This document shows positions 1 through 7,799 of a stretch of 64,000 nucleotides of DNA, piece after piece. The stretch is from assembly GCA_041389225.1 (NCBI GenBank), contig JAWKSI010000001.1, positions 51,821 to 115,820 on the forward strand, read 5' to 3'. The number at the start of each line of letters is the position of its first letter. Positions within the stretch are counted from its first letter, which is position 1. The notes beneath the pieces are model-generated. The model saw only the letters and a list, made by a program, of their open reading frames with translations. It was not told the DNA's origin and searched no databases. Source of the stretch: Candidatus Doudnabacteria bacterium (lineage in GTDB: Bacteria; Patescibacteriota; Doudnabacteria; UBA920). The translations under genes and the position numbers were made by a program.

Positions 1-273
1 AGAGTGGACTTTGTAATAACCGTCTTTACTGTCTGGTGCGTTGTCCAAAATCTGCTCTTGGTTGGGTGAATCAACAGCTTGATCTTGGCGATCGATGTTT
101 TCTAAACCTGTGACATTGGCCACGATATCTAAACCTTCGGTGTCTACTTTTTGTAGATCTCCTACATAATCCAAAACACTCGAAAGATCTTGTCTAAATT
201 TTTCGACTTCTTGGTCTGATAATTTGATTCGCGACAACTTAGCGACTTTTTTGACTTCTTCTACGCTTAACAT
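1..273 (-). CDS. gatC: Asp-tRNA(Asn)/Glu-tRNA(Gln) amidotransferase subunit C (3' end runs off window)
   Basis: Manual translation MLSVEEVKKVAKLSRIKLSDQEVEKFRQDLSSVLDYV...ILDNAPDSKDGYYKV matches the GatC pattern; absent from the ORF track. Confidence 0.9.
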   Translation of the reverse strand, partial: MLSVEEVKKVAKLSRIKLSDQEVEKFRQDLSSVLDYVGDLQKVDTEGLDIVANVTGLENIDRQDQAVDSPNQEQILDNAPDSKDGYYKVHS

Positions 274-352
274 GAATTCATTATAGTTAAATATAGCCAA
301 AAAGAAAAGCGGTGAAAAAATCACCGCAAAAACTTTTTTTTGCAAAAATCGT

Positions 353-577
353 CTAGAGGATATTGGAAGCACGGAGCTCTGCTTCGTTTAATTTCTGGGT
401 TTTTCCGGGTGAGCTCTCTGGTCGGCCAGAAACAATCTCACTAATATCTTCCTCGGTCAACTCTTCAGAAGATTTATTTTGCGCACTTTTTTCACCAAAG
501 AGACTTTCGTGTTCTTTATCACTAAGCCATGGTTTTTTTACAAATCCTGTCGTCATACTTATTTTTTTCCTTGCCAC
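353..577 (-). CDS. hypothetical protein (74 aa, charged)
   Basis: ATG ORF, protein-like composition, followed by hairpin at ~308-327. Confidence 0.5.
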   Translation of the reverse strand: MARKKISMTTGFVKKPWLSDKEHESLFGEKSAQNKSSEELTEEDISEIVSGRPESSPGKTQKLNEAELRASNIL

Positions 578-685
578 AAAAGGCGTCTATATTTTACCTT
601 AAAACCAAAATAAGTTTTTTACCAATTTTGCGATTTGCGATCTTATTCCTAAGAACTGCTCTAGATTTTTCCTCCTCCTTCATAC

Positions 686-711
686 AAACAAAAAACTTGG
701 CTTGCGCCAAG
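686..711 (-). terminator. intrinsic terminator
   Basis: Minus strand CTTGGC-GCAA-GCCAAG followed by TTTTTT. Confidence 0.7.
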
Positions 712-739
712 ACTTCATTTGTAATTTTTTTTTAAAATT

Positions 740-832
740 TATGAAATAGTCTTAGCACTCGTATTAACCAGAAAAAAGGCAAAGGTTGCCTTAGTGGTAA
801 TAATACGAGATGTGTGCCAATTAAATTTCATA
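740..832 (-). ncRNA. candidate structured small RNA or leader (93-nt rod-like hairpin coinciding with a 30-aa leaderless ORF, 831-739)
   Basis: Nested pairings TATGAAAT/ATTTCATA, TTGGCAC/GTGCTAA, CTCGTATTA/TAATACGAG, ACCA/TGGT, AAGGCAA/TTGCCTT; lies between a consensus promoter and a terminator. Confidence 0.45.
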
Positions 833-839
833 TAGATGG

Positions 840-868
840 ATTATATGCCTATTGTTTTATGATGTCAA
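840..868 (-). promoter_or_regulatory. sigma70 promoter
   Basis: Minus strand TTGACA-N17-TATAAT, exact consensus. Confidence 0.8.
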
Positions 869-995
869 ACCATTTATCCCCAAACAAAACAATTTTGATA
901 TAAATAAAATGTAGACTAAGTTATAATTTAAATAAATACTTACTATAATTTTATTCATCTCATTAATTTATTAAGCTAAAAGCCATAAAACTAAA

Positions 996-3900
996 ATGAA
1001 CTTCGAAAGAATGCCAGTTCCGGCAAACCAAGAACAAGAAAACAATCAATCTCTGGATAAAGATATAGAGAGCTATTTAAAAGAGAGGGGTCAATTAAGA
1101 AGTGATTTAGTCGATCTTTCACTCGAAAAGCTACTCAATAGCCATCCAGAATATCACACAGAAATTGCTAATCGTATGATTTACATGGGTCAGGTCTGGG
1201 ATATCGCTAAAAACCTTGAGAAGTTCAAAGGTCTTGACCATATAGAAATTGCTAATCGTATGATTGACAGAGGGAAAGCCGATGCCGTAGCTGCAAACCT
1301 CGAGAAGTTTGAGGGTCTAAATCACACAGTGATTGCAAATCGTATGATTGACAAGTATAAGGCCGATGCCGTAGCTGCAAACCTCGAGAAGTTTGATAGT
1401 TTTGGACAGGAAACAGCCCTTAAGCTTATTGACAATCATGAGTACATAACTGTCGCTGATAACCTCGAGAAATTCGATGGTCTAAATCACACAGTGATTG
1501 CAAATCGTATGATTGACAATGGCCAGGACTGGGCTATCGCTAAAAACCCTGAGAAGTTCGAGGGGCTTGGACAAGAAACAGCCCTGAAGCTTATTGACAA
1601 AGATCAGGCCGGGATTGTCGCTAAAAACCTTGAGAAGTTTGATAGTCTTGGACAGGAAACAGCTCTCGCACTTATTGACAAAGGTCAGGCCGGGGTTGTC
1701 GCTGATAACCTTGAGAAGTTCAAAGGTCTTGACCATATAGAAATTGCTAATCGTATGATTGACAAGGGTCAGGCCGGGGTTGTCGCTAAAAACCTTGAGA
1801 AGTTCAAAGGTCTTGACCATATAGAAATTGCTAATCGTATGATTGACGAAAGTCAAGTCAATGCCGTAGCTGCAAACCTTGAGAAGTTCAAAGGTCTTGA
1901 CCATATAGAAATTGCTAATCGTATGATTGACAAAGGGAAAGCCGATGCCGTAGCTGCAAACCTTGAGAAGTTCAAAGGTCTTGACCATATAGAAATTGCT
2001 AATCGTATGATTGACAAAGGGAAAGCCGATGCCGTAGCTGCAAACCTCGAGAAGTTTGAGGGTCTAAATCACACAGTAATTGCCAATCATATGATTGATA
2101 AAGATCAAGCCAATGCCGTCATTAGAAACTTCTTTAAGTTCTATGGTCTTGGACCAAAAATAGCCCTGAAGCTTATTGACAAGGATCAGGCCGATGCCGT
2201 AGCTGCAAACCTCGAGAGGTTCGAGGGTCTAAATCACACAGTAATTGCCAATCATATGATTGATAAAGATCAAGCCAATGCCGTCATTAGAAACTTCTTT
2301 AAGTTCAAGGGGCTTGGACAAGAAACAGCCCTCAAACTTATTGACAAAGATAAAGCCAATGTCGTCATTAAAAACCTCTCTGCGTTCAAGGGTCAAGATC
2401 ACATAATAATTGCTAATCATATAATTGACAGTGGACAAGCTAAAGTTGCCGCTGAAAACCTCTCTAAGTTCGAAGGCCTAGATTGCGGAGTGTTTGGTAC
2501 TGATTTGAATCGAATAACGATTGCCAATCGTATGATTGATAAAGATCAAGCCAATGTCGTCGTTAACAACTTCTTTAAGTTCGAGGGTCTTGGACAAGAA
2601 ACAGCCCTCAAGCTTATTGACAAAGATCAGGCCGATGCCGTTGTTAAAAAGCTCGAGAAGTTCAAGGGTCTTGGACAGGAAACAGCATACGGTCTAGCCC
2701 AGGCAGGTTACATTATTAAAGTAATAGAGCGCACCGATATCTTCCCTGATCTCGACCGTATTACCCTTGCCAGGGAAGCATGCAAAAGAGGAAATGGAGC
2801 TGATGCTTTACTTCATAATCGCTTTACCTTTACAGACCTCCAGCTATCTAATGAAGAGTATACTGACCTTGCAGAGAAAATCTTAACAGAGGCAACAGAT
2901 TGGCAAGACCAGGAGAATATAGCCGGGCCTTACCGCGCAGGTAGAGAAATTTTTGGAGATAGATTTATGTTGGAGTACTTAGCCGATCCTAATCTCTCAC
3001 GACACGATGGTCTACATGCTTTCAACAAAATTATAGAGCTATACGAATCAACAGACATGAAACCAAAAACCTTTTACGGCAATATACTCAAACAAGTTGC
3101 CATGGATGGAGAGTCCTACGAAGAGGGTTCCTCACATCATCACCTTAACAGCATTGCGCTTTCCCTTAACAGGAATTATGAGGAAGTAGCCAAAGAAGCT
3201 GCGCTTTATGACATACCGGAATTACAAGAACTAGTTGAGCACTATAAAACAACAGACAATATTTTTAGCTCATGGGGTAATCTAAAACGCTATTCCGAAA
3301 TTTCTCAGCTGCTAGAACGAACAGAACTTTTAGAAGACGTGCAAAAGCTGAGAGCAGAAGGTAGGGAGAAGCTTTATAACTATGTTATAAAGCTGGCTTT
3401 CCACAAAAACAGTAAAGTTGATCTAGGAGCCGTAATGCAATTTTGGAAAGACACGGAGAGATTCCTTGATGCCGACGACGAACATACCAATGATGAAATT
3501 CAATCGCGTAAAAAACCTTCGAACTACATTCGTATTCCCCACCTCGACCTTAATGCTTCCGAGCTTGTCGATGCTTATGTCGAAGGATCTTACGATAACC
3601 TGCAAGTCTTTAATCCAATGGAGATTCGTTACGTTATAGATATAAATGGTAGAAAAGAAACCATGGTCGCTCGCATCAATAAAAAAAGTGATCCCGATGG
3701 AGCTCTTGCAGGTAACGACACTGCTTGCTGCATGCCATTTGGTTCAGGCAAAAACACCGTCTATATGTTTAACCCCAATACGGCGCTATTTACTCTTCAG
3801 ATAGAAAAAGGAGGTGGCTCGAGAAGGACTATTGCGCAGAGCGTACTTACAAAAGACACTGATGTAAAGATTTCAGTACCTGAAATTATTGAAAAAATGC

Positions 3901-4862
3901 AGGACTTTGATACTCATCTTAACGAAGTCGCCTCAGAAAATATTCTCAAAGAACAGGAGTCAATCCTTGCCTGTGATAATGTCGAAGTTGCAAAAAATTA
4001 CACAAAAGAAGAACACACTGATGCCATAGAAGACATCTACCGAGACTTTTTTACCGAATATTTAAATCGGTATGGTGAAAGACAAAATTTTAATACAGAA
4101 AAAGTTGTTATCGGTATGGGCTACAGTGATTCATTGACACATCTACCTGAAGAAAAAAATACCTTTGTTCCCAAGGCACCTGTGGGGTACTCCGACAAAA
4201 CCGGTAAAAATGTTTACAGGCTAGATCTTATTCAAGATAAGAAAGAAGAACAATTAGAACCAAAAGCTTTTATAAGCAAAACTATAACCGACTATGAGAG
4301 AGATCATGACGAGCAGAAAGATCTCGACCTAGGAAGAGGTATAGATCTCCTTACCTTCGAAGACTCTCTTCCTGTTGCTTATCTTGAAGGTAAAATCTAT
4401 AAAGACAATGAATCTTTAATGGTCTACCTGCACAATATAGAAAATGGACTCATTGCAAAAGATGTTAACAACGAAGCAAAAGGTAGACCTAACATGAGCC
4501 TTAAATATACAGACGAAAAAGGATATATGCGTGGCTATATTTTTGCTTACGAAGGAAAGCTTAACTCTGGTGAGCGAGGTATTTATATTACCGACCTCGC
4601 CGCTGACTCAACTTCAAAACTTGGCGGTAGGCGCCTAATCAAAGCATTCGCTAAGCGCTATAAAAAGGAATATCTCGACAAAGGAAACTTGATTCCTATC
4701 TATGCGGAGGCAAGAGATAGCACGTCATATAGAATTATCAATAAACAATTAGAACGTATAGGCCAAGATTTAGGTATAGAGATCGAAATAGAGAAAACAG
4801 GTGAGCATTATGAAGGTGATGACCTTATGCATGATGTTTATCTCAGACCACGCCAAGTATAA
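996..4862 (+). CDS. large hypothetical protein: N-terminal 27/28-aa tandem helical repeats, central NDTACCMPFG domain, possible C-terminal GNAT-like domain
   Basis: 1288-aa ORF; repeats such as FKGLDHIEIANRMIDKGQAGVVAKNLEK; C-terminal GYIFAY...IYITDLAA...GRRLIKAF...AEARDSTSY resembles a GNAT fold. Confidence 0.8.
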   Translation: MNFERMPVPANQEQENNQSLDKDIESYLKERGQLRSDLVDLSLEKLLNSHPEYHTEIANRMIYMGQVWDIAKNLEKFKGLDHIEIANRMIDRGKADAVAANLEKFEGLNHTVIANRMIDKYKADAVAANLEKFDSFGQETALKLIDNHEYITVADNLEKFDGLNHTVIANRMIDNGQDWAIAKNPEKFEGLGQETALKLIDKDQAGIVAKNLEKFDSLGQETALALIDKGQAGVVADNLEKFKGLDHIEIANRMIDKGQAGVVAKNLEKFKGLDHIEIANRMIDESQVNAVAANLEKFKGLDHIEIANRMIDKGKADAVAANLEKFKGLDHIEIANRMIDKGKADAVAANLEKFEGLNHTVIANHMIDKDQANAVIRNFFKFYGLGPKIALKLIDKDQADAVAANLERFEGLNHTVIANHMIDKDQANAVIRNFFKFKGLGQETALKLIDKDKANVVIKNLSAFKGQDHIIIANHIIDSGQAKVAAENLSKFEGLDCGVFGTDLNRITIANRMIDKDQANVVVNNFFKFEGLGQETALKLIDKDQADAVVKKLEKFKGLGQETAYGLAQAGYIIKVIERTDIFPDLDRITLAREACKRGNGADALLHNRFTFTDLQLSNEEYTDLAEKILTEATDWQDQENIAGPYRAGREIFGDRFMLEYLADPNLSRHDGLHAFNKIIELYESTDMKPKTFYGNILKQVAMDGESYEEGSSHHHLNSIALSLNRNYEEVAKEAALYDIPELQELVEHYKTTDNIFSSWGNLKRYSEISQLLERTELLEDVQKLRAEGREKLYNYVIKLAFHKNSKVDLGAVMQFWKDTERFLDADDEHTNDEIQSRKKPSNYIRIPHLDLNASELVDAYVEGSYDNLQVFNPMEIRYVIDINGRKETMVARINKKSDPDGALAGNDTACCMPFGSGKNTVYMFNPNTALFTLQIEKGGGSRRTIAQSVLTKDTDVKISVPEIIEKMQDFDTHLNEVASENILKEQESILACDNVEVAKNYTKEEHTDAIEDIYRDFFTEYLNRYGERQNFNTEKVVIGMGYSDSLTHLPEEKNTFVPKAPVGYSDKTGKNVYRLDLIQDKKEEQLEPKAFISKTITDYERDHDEQKDLDLGRGIDLLTFEDSLPVAYLEGKIYKDNESLMVYLHNIENGLIAKDVNNEAKGRPNMSLKYTDEKGYMRGYIFAYEGKLNSGERGIYITDLAADSTSKLGGRRLIKAFAKRYKKEYLDKGNLIPIYAEARDSTSYRIINKQLERIGQDLGIEIEIEKTGEHYEGDDLMHDVYLRPRQV
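1158..2700 (+). repeat. intragenic tandem repeat array, about 18-19 units of 81/84 bp
   Basis: Near-identical 84-bp units (AACCTTGAGAAGTTCAAAGGTCTTGACCATATAGAAATTGCTAATCGTATGATTGAC recurs) mixed with 81-bp GQETALKLID units. Confidence 0.9.
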
Positions 4863-4915
4863 ACCTTTATGCTACAATAAAAATACTTTACTAAATAATC
4901 ATTTAATCAACCATT

Positions 4916-5464
4916 ATGTTAATATTTGCAATTGTTATTGGCGCGATTTTATTGATCGGAATTGGTTTGTACAATTCTTTGATTCGCGGCCGAAACCAAG
5001 TCGACGAAGCCTGGGCTGACATCGAAGTTCAACTCAAGCGACGTTACGATCTTATTCCAAATTTAGTCAGCACAGTCAAAGGCTTTGCTGCTCAAGAATC
5101 TGGTGTCCTCGAAAAAGTGACCGAAGCCCGCACTCGAGCGATGGGCGCGCAAACTGTCCAAGAACACCAGCAAGACGAAAATATGCTTTCTGGAACACTC
5201 AAAAGCTTGTTCGCAGTTGCCGAAAACTACCCTGACCTCAAGTCAAATCAAAACTTTTTGCAACTTCAAAATGACCTCACAGACACCGAAGACAAAATCC
5301 AAGCAGCTCGTCGTTTTTACAACGGTAATGTGCGTGACTTTAATACCAAAGTTCAGGTTTTTCCAACCAACCTATTTGCTTCAATGCTTGGATTCAAAAC
5401 AAGAGAATTCTTTGATATTGATGACAATGGCCCAGAAAGCCAAAACGTAAAAGTTGAGTTCTAA
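4916..5464 (+). CDS. lemA: LemA family protein
   Basis: YNSL...EAWADIEVQLKRRYDLIPNLV, AVAENYPDLKSNQNFLQLQ, ARRFYN motifs. Confidence 0.95.
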   Translation: MLIFAIVIGAILLIGIGLYNSLIRGRNQVDEAWADIEVQLKRRYDLIPNLVSTVKGFAAQESGVLEKVTEARTRAMGAQTVQEHQQDENMLSGTLKSLFAVAENYPDLKSNQNFLQLQNDLTDTEDKIQAARRFYNGNVRDFNTKVQVFPTNLFASMLGFKTREFFDIDDNGPESQNVKVEF

Positions 5465-5480
5465 ATAAATCAATAGTACT

Positions 5481-5581
5481 ATCATCCTGCCTGTACCCAA
5501 ATGAGTGAGAAGTGTAGTCGCGAAGGATCTCTCAATGAGATCCTTCGCTTCGTTCACCCGTTCAAATACAGACAGAATGAC
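5481..5581. repeat. REP-like palindromic element (GTCATCCTG...GAAGGATCTC/GAGATCCTTC...CAGAATGAC family)
   Basis: Inverted repeat GAAGGATCTC-N-GAGATCCTTC; termini shared with the 10575-11034 cluster. Confidence 0.7.
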
Positions 5582-5589
5582 ATAAAGTT

Positions 5590-6483
5590 ATGCTCACTTA
5601 TACCGAAGTATCCAAAAACAAAACCTATTCCGTCTTACTAATTTTAATCTTCTTAGTCATAATTAGCGGACTTGGTTTTGTCCTTGGTCAAATTTATGGT
5701 TCTCCAGAAATTTTGATCTTCGCTGTAATTTTTAGTTTTGGCTCTGCTTTTGTTTCATACTTTGCGGCTGATAAAATAGCTCTTTCAATGTCGGGAGCAA
5801 TTCCGCTCACCAAAGAACAAGCACCGGAGCTCTATCGAACTGTCGAAAATCTGAGCATGACTGCAGGACTTCCAATGCCTCGTGTCTATATTATTAACGA
5901 CGCCGCGCTCAACGCTTTTGCTACAGGCCGCAATCCACAAAACGCAGCGGTTGCTGTTACTTCTGGATTACTACAAAAGCTTAATCAAACTGAACTCGAA
6001 GGAGTTATCGCTCACGAACTTTCACATGTTGGAAATTACGATATTCGCTTTATGGCTTTGGTTATGGTTTTGGTTGGTACAGTATCTTTGCTTTCTAACT
6101 GGTTTTTTAGATTCAGTTTTTTGGGTAATCGCAAAAAAGAAGGAAGTAATCCAATTTTCCTACTCATTGGTTTGGGGTTATTAATTCTCTCGCCGATTAT
6201 TGCCACATTAATCAAACTTGCAGTTAGTCGCAAAAGAGAATTTCTCGCTGATGCCTCTGGTGCTTTGCTTACTCGCTATCCCGAAGGCTTAGCTTCGGCA
6301 CTCGAAAAAATCTCAACCCATAGCCAACCTCTTAGCACAGCTAATACCGCTACAGCACACCTATTTATCAGCAACCCTCTCAAAAACAACTTGGCCAAAT
6401 CACAAAGTTGGTTTACAAATTTATTCAACACTCACCCGCCAGCTGACGAACGAATTCGCCGTTTAAGAGAGATGGGTCGCTAA
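5590..6483 (+). CDS. htpX: M48 zinc metalloprotease HtpX
   Basis: NAFATG, AHELSH, SRKREFLAD, THPP motifs; follows lemA. Confidence 0.95.
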   Translation: MLTYTEVSKNKTYSVLLILIFLVIISGLGFVLGQIYGSPEILIFAVIFSFGSAFVSYFAADKIALSMSGAIPLTKEQAPELYRTVENLSMTAGLPMPRVYIINDAALNAFATGRNPQNAAVAVTSGLLQKLNQTELEGVIAHELSHVGNYDIRFMALVMVLVGTVSLLSNWFFRFSFLGNRKKEGSNPIFLLIGLGLLILSPIIATLIKLAVSRKREFLADASGALLTRYPEGLASALEKISTHSQPLSTANTATAHLFISNPLKNNLAKSQSWFTNLFNTHPPADERIRRLREMGR

Positions 6484-6504
6484 AAAATTATTAAACTAAA
6501 ACCT

Positions 6505-6780
6505 ATGCCAGAAAAACCATCATTTAATCCCGATCTCCCTCAGCGATCCATCGATCGAGAAACAATATATCTTCACATTAACGAAGCAGAAGATAGTCCG
6601 TTTGAAAATGAAGAACAAGAACTGGAGTATTTAAAAAATGAAGTTCTAGCTGTAGAGTCAGAACTCAAAGAAGCTTTAGATTCTCAAAACTTTAACACCT
6701 CCACTCAATTGCACGGGTACAGTAGAGCTTTTTACAACCGTATTCAACAATTAGAAAACAAATTTAAAGACCAAGAATAA
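6505..6780 (+). CDS. small acidic hypothetical protein
   Basis: 91-aa ORF, helical and acidic; resembles the next ORF. Confidence 0.65.
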   Translation: MPEKPSFNPDLPQRSIDRETIYLHINEAEDSPFENEEQELEYLKNEVLAVESELKEALDSQNFNTSTQLHGYSRAFYNRIQQLENKFKDQE

Positions 6781-7080
6781 ATGAACCCAGAAAACCCTCG
6801 CAGGCCAGACCAAGAAGAACAAGAGCTAATGACTAACAAAGCTTTGCTCGACTATCTTTTTAAAGATGGCGAAAATCCCTACGAAAACATACAACAATCT
6901 CTAACCGTGACCAAAAAGATTTTGGAGTACTTAAATGTCGATCTTGAGTCAGCTCAACAAGAAAACAAGCCATACGAGATTGCTGGGATTGAGTACAGCA
7001 TAGCTGTAGTCAATAAAAAAATCGCTGAACAAGAACAAGAGATCAACGATCAACCTCTAGAACTTGGCGACATAGGCTAA
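6781..7080 (+). CDS. small acidic hypothetical protein
   Basis: 99-aa ORF abutting the previous gene. Confidence 0.65.
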   Translation: MNPENPRRPDQEEQELMTNKALLDYLFKDGENPYENIQQSLTVTKKILEYLNVDLESAQQENKPYEIAGIEYSIAVVNKKIAEQEQEINDQPLELGDIG

Positions 7081-7576
7081 AAGAAACCAATCGCATCATA
7101 ACTAAACCTCGACTAACAAGTCGAGCTTTTATTTTTTGTTTCTGCTCATACTCCATTTTGGATACTTCTTCCACAGAACCAAAATTTTTTTCTACGTATT
7201 TTTTTGCAATGGCAATTTCGTCTTCCAAACTCACTTGCTCTGATAAACTTTCTTCTATTAAATCAGTTGGTAACTTTTTGAGCATCATTTTTTGCTTCAT
7301 CATAAATTTGCCCCAATACTTAAAATCCTTCATGTTTCGAATAAAAATCTCGGCGTACTTGTCATCATCTATATATCGATCTTCTTTAAGCTTAACCAAA
7401 ACATGATCGATCACTTCTGGTAAGTAACCACGCTTTTGCATTTTCTCGCGCATTTCGCCTTGAGTGCGCATGCTGATATTCAAAACAAACAACGCGTAGT
7501 TGTACGCGTGCTCAATATCACTCGGATCTTTTAGAGGCTTAGCTTTTTTAAACATCTCGACTTTAAAATGATACAA
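7043..7576 (-). CDS. recx: regulatory protein RecX (C-terminal end probably frameshifted)
   Basis: AYNYAL...RTQGEMREKM...RYIDDDKYA...WGKFMMKQKM...ARLVSRG pattern; sequence turns aberrant after RG. Confidence 0.85.
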   Translation of the reverse strand: MYHFKVEMFKKAKPLKDPSDIEHAYNYALFVLNISMRTQGEMREKMQKRGYLPEVIDHVLVKLKEDRYIDDDKYAEIFIRNMKDFKYWGKFMMKQKMMLKKLPTDLIEESLSEQVSLEDEIAIAKKYVEKNFGSVEEVSKMEYEQKQKIKARLVSRGLVMMRLVSFSLCRQVLEVDR

Positions 7577-7616
7577 TTATTATAGTACAAATACATAAAG
7601 AAAATCTCAACGACCA

Positions 7617-7645
7617 TTGACAGAACAAAGGTTTTCTTATATAAA
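7617..7645 (+). promoter_or_regulatory. sigma70 promoter of clp gene
   Basis: TTGACA-N17-TATAAA. Confidence 0.65.
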
Positions 7646-7649
7646 TATA

Positions 7650-7676
7650 TTATCACTCTTTATCTTAGAGTGATAA
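7650..7676. promoter_or_regulatory. CIRCE-like operator (HrcA site)
   Basis: TTATCACTC-N9-GAGTGATAA versus consensus TTAGCACTC-N9-GAGTGCTAA, just downstream of the promoter of a chaperone gene. Confidence 0.8.
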
Positions 7677-7799
7677 AAATATTATTGAACAGACATAGAT
7701 TATTGTCTAGATTTGTCCATCACAAGACATAATTTGGAAACCAAGCATGCATCGTAATTAACTTACGCTGAGTAAGGTTAAAAAAATTATAACGCAGTA

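Noticed and set aside
752-760. TTAGCACTC half-CIRCE (also at 11792-11800)
   Set aside because: No second arm at 9-nt spacing; one lies in a hairpin, the other inside comF.
1482-1988. Repetitive minus-strand ORF and similar antisense ORFs in the track
   Set aside because: Shadows of longer, well-supported genes on the opposite strand or frame.
1158-2700. Regular DNA repeats as a CRISPR array
   Set aside because: Units are in-frame 81/84-bp coding repeats with no unique spacers, and no cas genes are present.
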